Positions 36,657 to 41,325 of a DNA stretch of 41,325 nt are shown here, piece after piece. The translations under genes and the position numbers were made by a program. Source of the stretch: Bernardetiaceae bacterium (GTDB lineage: Bacteria > Bacteroidota > Bacteroidia > Cytophagales > Bernardetiaceae); contig DAISIL010000002.1 of assembly GCA_036822015.1 (NCBI GenBank), positions 75,268 through 116,592 on the forward strand, given 5' to 3'. Position 1 is the first letter of the stretch, and each line of letters begins with the position of its first letter. The notes beneath the pieces were generated by a model. That model was not told where the DNA came from. It did no database searches and saw only the letters and a list, made by a program, of their open reading frames with translations.

Positions 36657-37850
36657 CTACTCTGCATCTGGGTTCGATTTGTCCAGTTTGAGCAAGAGCG
36701 TAAAGCGCAGCGTATCTGCCAGGGGATGGTTTTGTTGGTTGGGAACCAGATAGGCGAAATCAAAGCCAAACATCTGGTAGCGTAGCCCTAAGCCTACGGA
36801 GAAGTAGTTGCGGTCGCCCTTGTTGGGGCTTTCGTAGTAGTAGCCAGCCCGAATTGCAAAGATGTCATTGTACCAATACTCTGTCCCGAAGGACAGGATC
36901 ACTTCTTGCAGTTCTTCGCCTAAGCCATCAGGGGCATCGGTGAAGGAACCAAAGACGCTGTTGAGCAGCGATCGGTCATACTCCTTACCCGCACGGAGCG
37001 TACCATCGGCGTTGAGGATGGGCGGCGTAGGGACAAGCAACTTATTGAAATCTAGCGCAAGTGTTAATCGGTTGCGGGGGTTGAAGCGGGCATTGAAGGC
37101 CGTACCGAGGCGCAGGTTGGCGGGGAGATAATCGCGCTGCTCGGGGTTGTTGTATGAAATTTTAGCACCGATATTAGAGATATTGAACCCAAAAGCCATG
37201 TCGGCATCCGTGCTACCGAGGCTCAGGGGCGTTTTGTAGAACATCGAGAAATCGACGGCTACCGTGTTGCCTGGGCGTGTGCCGCCGCCTTGTACGGTGC
37301 CATTGGAGATGCTGCCAGCAAGGTTGGAATGAATAAAACGCGCCGTTCCGGCCATGCTCATCTTCTCGGAGAGCTGGAAGGCATACGTGCCATCAATGGC
37401 AAACTCACGGGGGATAAAATCCTGAATTGGATTGCCTATGGCATCCGTAAACTGCAAGGATCCCATATCGAAGTAGCGCATGGAGGCAGCCAGGGTGCGG
37501 CGTTTGTCGAGGCGTTTGTAGGCACTCAAATAGGAGAGCGACATATCATTGACCAGGTTGCGGAGCCAGGGCGAAAACGAGACCGCTACGCCCCATTCGT
37601 CCTCGGCGAAGGCCAGCTTGGAGGGGTTCCAGTGCGTGGCATTGGCATCCCCATCAATGGCTACCCCGACATCACCCATGCCTGCGCTGCGGGCATCCGG
37701 CGAAATGAGCAAAAATTGAACAGCCGTCGTGATGACGCGGCGCGTGGAGTCCTGTCCCAGAAGACCAGGGGCGGTTTGTGCGTGTGCAGGCTGGAGGAGT
37801 GCCAGTACGGCAGCCACGACCAGCATCGTAAAGAAGCGTTTTTTTAACAT
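36657..37850 (-). CDS. Bacteroidota outer-membrane beta-barrel protein, probably T9SS PorV/LptO-like
   Basis: Signal peptide, then the FLLISPDARSAGMGDVGVA N-terminal motif I associate with the PorV family, then a beta-barrel-like remainder. I recall the motif from memory and have not verified it. Confidence 0.4.
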   Translation of the reverse strand: MLKKRFFTMLVVAAVLALLQPAHAQTAPGLLGQDSTRRVITTAVQFLLISPDARSAGMGDVGVAIDGDANATHWNPSKLAFAEDEWGVAVSFSPWLRNLVNDMSLSYLSAYKRLDKRRTLAASMRYFDMGSLQFTDAIGNPIQDFIPREFAIDGTYAFQLSEKMSMAGTARFIHSNLAGSISNGTVQGGGTRPGNTVAVDFSMFYKTPLSLGSTDADMAFGFNISNIGAKISYNNPEQRDYLPANLRLGTAFNARFNPRNRLTLALDFNKLLVPTPPILNADGTLRAGKEYDRSLLNSVFGSFTDAPDGLGEELQEVILSFGTEYWYNDIFAIRAGYYYESPNKGDRNYFSVGLGLRYQMFGFDFAYLVPNQQNHPLADTLRFTLLLKLDKSNPDAE

Positions 37851-37973
37851 AACCCGATGATGAATGAAAGGTAAAAATCAGTAGAGATGCGGCATACAGC
37901 GGAAACAAGAGGGGGGTTATGGTCAATGAATGGTCTAGCAAAAATACAAGTTTTTCTGGAAATGGTCAAATAC

Positions 37974-38855
37974 CTACCGCTGTTTTGGGTGGCTGGCTTT
38001 AAAAAACTTGAGCCGAACGACCTCTTGCTCCTTCAAAAAACGCCACTTGCCTCGGCCGAGTCCGGCTTTGGTTAGGCCGGCATAGATGGTGCGATCAAGC
38101 TTTTCGATCTGATAACCAAAGTGTTCAAACATCCGTCGGACGATGCGGTTTTTGCCGCTATGGATTTCGATGCCCAGTACCAGTCCGTCTGGGGAGACCA
38201 CGGCTAAGTCGTCGGGCTTGATGAAGCCATCTTCGAGCGTAATGCCCTGAGAGAGCTGATCGAAGTGATCGGCTTCGATGGGCTTATCGAGTTCGATGCG
38301 ATAAACTTTCGGGACTTGGTAGGAGGGGTGGGTGAGCTTTTTGGAGAGGTCGCCGTCGTTGGTCAAGAGGAGCAGTCCGGTGGTTTGGCGGTCGAGCCGT
38401 CCGACGGGATAGAGGCGTTGGGGGGCGGCATCCTTGACCAAATCCATGACCGTAGGTCTGCCCTGGGGGTCTTTGGTGGTCGTGATGAAATCTTTGGGCT
38501 TGTTGAGCAGGATATACACGGGTCGTTCGGCCGAGATGATCCTGCCTTTGTAGCGCACCTGATCGTCGGGCTTTACCCTTCGCCCGAGTTCGGTAACCAC
38601 TACGCCATTGATCTGGACGTGTCCGGCGGTGATATGGGTATCGGCTTCGCGTCTTGAGCAGATGCCGGCATTGGCAATGAAACGGTTGAGGCGGGTATCT
38701 TTGGGTGGAAGGGGGGCGGGTTCTTCTTTGCGTTTCCTGAACGTAACGGGTCGGCTTGGGCGGCGTGCCGGCGGGGTGTTGAGTTTGTCGAGGTTATACT
38801 GCGGGGGGCGTTTTTTGCTGTCGCGTCGTGTGCGCCGGGGGGGTCTTTGATCCAT
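37974..38855 (-). CDS. rluB: 23S rRNA pseudouridine synthase, RluB/RsuA family (S4 domain plus catalytic domain), with basic Pro/Arg-rich N-terminal tail
   Basis: LNRFIANAGICSRREADTHITAGHVQING is an S4 domain. YILLNKPKDFITT...GRLDRQTTGLLLLTNDGDL has the catalytic Asp. Start set at MDQRPP (38855), because the ORF-track extension to 38900 runs into the upstream terminator hairpin. Confidence 0.8.
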   Translation of the reverse strand: MDQRPPRRTRRDSKKRPPQYNLDKLNTPPARRPSRPVTFRKRKEEPAPLPPKDTRLNRFIANAGICSRREADTHITAGHVQINGVVVTELGRRVKPDDQVRYKGRIISAERPVYILLNKPKDFITTTKDPQGRPTVMDLVKDAAPQRLYPVGRLDRQTTGLLLLTNDGDLSKKLTHPSYQVPKVYRIELDKPIEADHFDQLSQGITLEDGFIKPDDLAVVSPDGLVLGIEIHSGKNRIVRRMFEHFGYQIEKLDRTIYAGLTKAGLGRGKWRFLKEQEVVRLKFFKASHPKQR

Positions 38856-38882
38856 GGGTAAAAGAGAATTTAGCCCCAAAAG

Positions 38883-38922
38883 TACTAAAAAAACCTTCAT
38901 CCCAAAGGAAATGAAGGTTTTT
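38883..38922 (-). terminator. rho-independent terminator of the phasin-like gene cluster (hairpin AAAAACCTTCAT/ATGAAGGTTTTT plus T-run; potentially bidirectional)
   Basis: A perfect 12-bp inverted repeat (38889-38900 and 38911-38922) with a 10-nt loop. The minus-strand transcript ends ...CCUUCAU-loop-AUGAAGGUUUUUUU. Confidence 0.5.
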
Positions 38923-38974
38923 CACATCACATCACACTACCTATCCGCACCCGCAGGTACGGATATACACGGTC

Positions 38975-39268
38975 TTAGGCCTCGGCGGCTTGCAGGGTTT
39001 CGAGCTGTTGGGTCAGGTCTTCGGTTTTTTGGTTATCAAACGTACCGATAGACTGCTTGACCTTCTGGCTGAGTTCTTCGAGTTGTCCTTCAAAGGCGGC
39101 TTTTCGTTCCTGGGTTTGTGTTTCCCATTGGCTGACGATTTTTTTGCCTTCTTCTTCGGCCACTTTGAGGTCATAGTTCATGCGGTCGATGAACTTGAGG
39201 AGACGGTCGGCGTTCAGGGAGGCCGCCCCGAGTCCAATGTGGAGGATTTCGGTGGCTAGGGTTTTCAT
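38975..39268 (-). CDS. phasin-family-like small helical protein (paralog 1 of 3)
   Basis: 97-aa Lys/Glu-rich helical protein (ILHIGLGAASLNADRLLKFIDRMNYDLKVAEEEGKKIV). Resembles PHA-granule phasin (PF05597-like) N-termini. Confidence 0.45.
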   Translation of the reverse strand: MKTLATEILHIGLGAASLNADRLLKFIDRMNYDLKVAEEEGKKIVSQWETQTQERKAAFEGQLEELSQKVKQSIGTFDNQKTEDLTQQLETLQAAEA

Positions 39269-39636
39269 GCTTCTTCGGAGGTTTCGGTCTCGGAGGTTTT
39301 TTTGGTGCGTCGGGTAGAGGTCTTCGTCTTGGTGGGCGCGGGGGTCTCTCCTTGGGCAGTTTCGAGGGCTTTGACGCGCTCTGCCAGGGTGTTTACGTCG
39401 GAGGTCGTGGCAAAGTTGAGGGATTTCATCAGTTTTTCTACCAATCCGCTCAACTGCGACTCGAAGTCTTCTTTTTTGTCGCCGGTGGTCTTGACGAAGT
39501 CATCCATGATCTTGCGGCCCTCTTCGACGGAGAGTTTTTTCTCGTCCACCAGCTCATCGACGAGTTGGGTAAACTTATCGCTGGTCAGGGAGACCAGTCC
39601 AACGCCAGTGTAGATTAAATTTTTGATCGTTTCCAT
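39265..39636 (-). CDS. phasin-family-like small helical protein (paralog 2 of 3) with Thr/Lys-rich C-terminal tail
   Basis: LIYTGVGLVSLTSDKFTQLVDELVDEKKLSVEEGRKIMDDFV. ATGA overlap with paralog 1. Confidence 0.5.
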   Translation of the reverse strand: METIKNLIYTGVGLVSLTSDKFTQLVDELVDEKKLSVEEGRKIMDDFVKTTGDKKEDFESQLSGLVEKLMKSLNFATTSDVNTLAERVKALETAQGETPAPTKTKTSTRRTKKTSETETSEEA

Positions 39637-39688
39637 AGGTACAAGCAGTTAAAAGTTTGTGTTAAAAATAAAAAAATGCCCTTTGCCT

Positions 39689-39985
39689 TTATTTGCTTTG
39701 CTCGGCTTCCAACTCTTTGATGCGGGCTTCGAGTTTTTCGATTTCGGAGCGGGGAGCAAAGTTAAACTGGGCGATGACGCGCTCAATGACCTGGTTGAGT
39801 TGCTGCTCGAACTCTTCTTTGCGCGTTTCGGTGGACTGAAAAAACTTATCGACGATTTCCTTGCCCTCTTCGCGGGAGAGTTTTTCGTCGCTCACCAACT
39901 GGTCGATGGTTTGGCGAAACTTGTCGGTGGTCATCGAAACCAAACCAACACCGGTGTAAATGAATTTTTTGATTAAATCTTCCAT
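39689..39985 (-). CDS. phasin-family-like small helical protein (paralog 3 of 3)
   Basis: Start at MEDLIKKFIYTGVGLVSMTTDKFRQTIDQLVSDEKLSREEGKEIVDKFF (ATG 39985..39983). The ORF-track upstream extension is rejected. Confidence 0.5.
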   Translation of the reverse strand: MEDLIKKFIYTGVGLVSMTTDKFRQTIDQLVSDEKLSREEGKEIVDKFFQSTETRKEEFEQQLNQVIERVIAQFNFAPRSEIEKLEARIKELEAEQSK

Positions 39986-40316
39986 GACAATTATTGCTTT
40001 TTGAGTGAGTGAAAAGATGTTCCGTTGAACAAATGATAGGACAAAGGACGGAACAAAATTTTTTGTGAGCAAATTTATTCAGAATAAAACGTTTGTTTGA
40101 ACCCGTAAAAATTGGCATAGACCAAATTTCGTTTGGATACCTCCGTATCCGCCCCTTTGCTTATCATAATCGAAAAAACGACCAGCAAAGTTTCAAACGC
40201 TTGTTTGGATATAGTCCGTGGGTCGCTCACAAAAAACCGGATAAAAAAATTACCTCAAAAAAACAAACACTCTTTACATACAAAGTTTTTTCAGAAGTAA
40301 AGAGAGCAAAAAAACT

Positions 40317-41141
40317 GTGAGAACGCGCATTATTTTTTCGTTGAAGAACCGTGGGGCTGCCCTTCCTTTTTTTCATCAGCATTTGTTTGCCGAAGTGATT
40401 GAGCATATTTTTTCAGACAAAAAATTTGATTATCATTTTTCGGGATTGAAAGGGCAGACCCGTATCAGTCGTAAGGGGCTGCACTACTGTTCCCGTTATG
40501 TTACGTTGGTTTTTGCCTGTAATTCCGTAACGGCGGTAGATCGTTTGTTGGATGTGATTTTTTCGCGTCCCCGATGGAAGATCGGTGCCTTAGAACTCGA
40601 GCCTGTCCGGGCAGAGCGGGAGCAGTTGCCGCGCTTCCAGGAGCAGATGCGTTATGTGTGCATTGCGCCGCTGGTTCCGGTGCGTCGTCATCACGAGGTG
40701 GGGATGTTGCGGGCGTTTTTGGAGCCAGACCAGGATGTTTTTTCGGACTACTTGTACGAGACGACGATCTTGCGAATGGAGCAATCGGGTAGGTATTCCT
40801 CCGAAGAGTTGGCGAGTTATTACCGTTTTCAGGTGGTTCCCGACAAATCCTACCTCGATAAGATGCGGAGCCGAGACAAAAAGTTTGCCCGCCTCTATGC
40901 CATTCATGCCGCCGGACGAGCCTACGAAGTGCGGGGCTATACCTTCCCGCTGGTCTTACACGCCGATGCGCGGGTACAGGAGTTTGTCTTCTTGGCAGGC
41001 TTGGGCGATTTTGCCGAGCAGGGCTTCGGGATGCTTGACCTGGCACACCGCGACCCAAGCGAGCGCACCGAACTCTACCGATCCGCTACGAACCAGGGTC
41101 GAGAAAGCGATCAACGCTTGATGCCCTCCTCCTCCTCCTAG
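40317..41141 (+). CDS. cas6: Cas6-family CRISPR-associated endoribonuclease homolog (solitary)
   Basis: N-terminal ferredoxin-fold signature ALPFFHQHLFAEVIEHIF (compare P. furiosus Cas6 VPYNHQYYLQGLIYNAI). C-terminal glycine-rich loop FLAGLGDFAEQGFGMLDL (the GhGxxxxxGhG motif). 274 aa. GTG start at 40317; no in-frame ATG upstream. Confidence 0.6.
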   Translation: MRTRIIFSLKNRGAALPFFHQHLFAEVIEHIFSDKKFDYHFSGLKGQTRISRKGLHYCSRYVTLVFACNSVTAVDRLLDVIFSRPRWKIGALELEPVRAEREQLPRFQEQMRYVCIAPLVPVRRHHEVGMLRAFLEPDQDVFSDYLYETTILRMEQSGRYSSEELASYYRFQVVPDKSYLDKMRSRDKKFARLYAIHAAGRAYEVRGYTFPLVLHADARVQEFVFLAGLGDFAEQGFGMLDLAHRDPSERTELYRSATNQGRESDQRLMPSSSS

Positions 41142-41180
41142 CTGCCGTCTTTTGTCCTGCCTCCGTTGTACCTTCGCGGC

Positions 41181-41325
41181 ATGAAAAACTTCTTGACCCA
41201 TGCCGCCCTGGGGGCAGTATCGCTCATTTATGCTGCCACCTATAATATTGTCAAGTTTGTTACGCCCGACCCCATCGGGCCGTTTGCCTTAGTGGTGATG
41301 CGGGTGGTGGGAGCAGCGTTGTTGT
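41181..41325 (+). CDS. EamA/DMT-family transporter, N-terminal part (continues beyond window)
   Basis: MKNFLTHAALGAVSLIYAATYNIVKFVTPDPIGPFALVVMRVVGAALL is a typical EamA first TM pair. Confidence 0.45.
   Translation, partial: MKNFLTHAALGAVSLIYAATYNIVKFVTPDPIGPFALVVMRVVGAALL

Noticed and set aside
40093-40320. 75-aa plus-strand ORF in the phasin-cas6 intergenic region
   Set aside because: It has no start context and a Lys-rich low-complexity translation of an A-rich spacer. It is more likely a promoter/leader region.
1-41325. Search for CRISPR arrays, tRNA/rRNA genes, transposases, integrases and IS terminal inverted repeats
   Set aside because: I found no periodic 25-50-bp direct repeats with unique spacers, no cloverleaf-compatible tRNA-like segments, and no DDE or tyrosine-recombinase-like ORFs by eye. 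Cas6 therefore appears array-less within this window.

Overview
This 41.3-kb window looks like chromosomal DNA from a Bacteroidota-like organism. The evidence for that lineage is the T9SS/gliding-associated gene content (PorV-like OMP, BatA, DUF3127, OmpA), TAnnTTTG-type promoter motifs, frequent ATGA start/stop overlaps and roughly 55-58% GC. Core metabolic and housekeeping genes are present. They are a minus-strand arginine operon (GNAT-argG-argC-argD, with the argD 5' end running off the window start), folP, hisG, mnmE and an rluB-like pseudouridine synthase. The window is also unusually rich in signalling and accessory content. (1) An 824-aa protein carries three tandem TIR domains, each with an intact catalytic-Glu motif, then one TM helix and a C-terminal coiled coil. 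It is divergently paired with a 7TM-receptor PP2C/SpoIIE phosphatase and followed by a DUF3127 protein that ends in an SSB-like Pro-rich linker plus a DDLPF tip. (2) A tightly packed minus-strand chemosensory operon runs parA-like, a 2434-aa TM-less multi-PAS/GAF/HAMP MCP, cheW, cheY, cheY, cheA, cheC-like and a frameshifted N4/N6 DNA methyltransferase. A second GAF-PAS-PAS PP2C phosphatase sits immediately upstream, and the PP2C domain is a close DNA-level paralog of the first. (3) A solitary Cas6 homolog has no CRISPR array or other cas genes in view and sits next to three tandem phasin-like paralogs. DNA-level repeats include two recent tandem PAS duplications inside the giant MCP, a CCCCCG hexanucleotide repeat, (GT)7 and (GTG)6 tracts. 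No rRNA, tRNA, transposase or CRISPR array was recognised. All calls come from reading the translations and sequence by eye; no database search was run.
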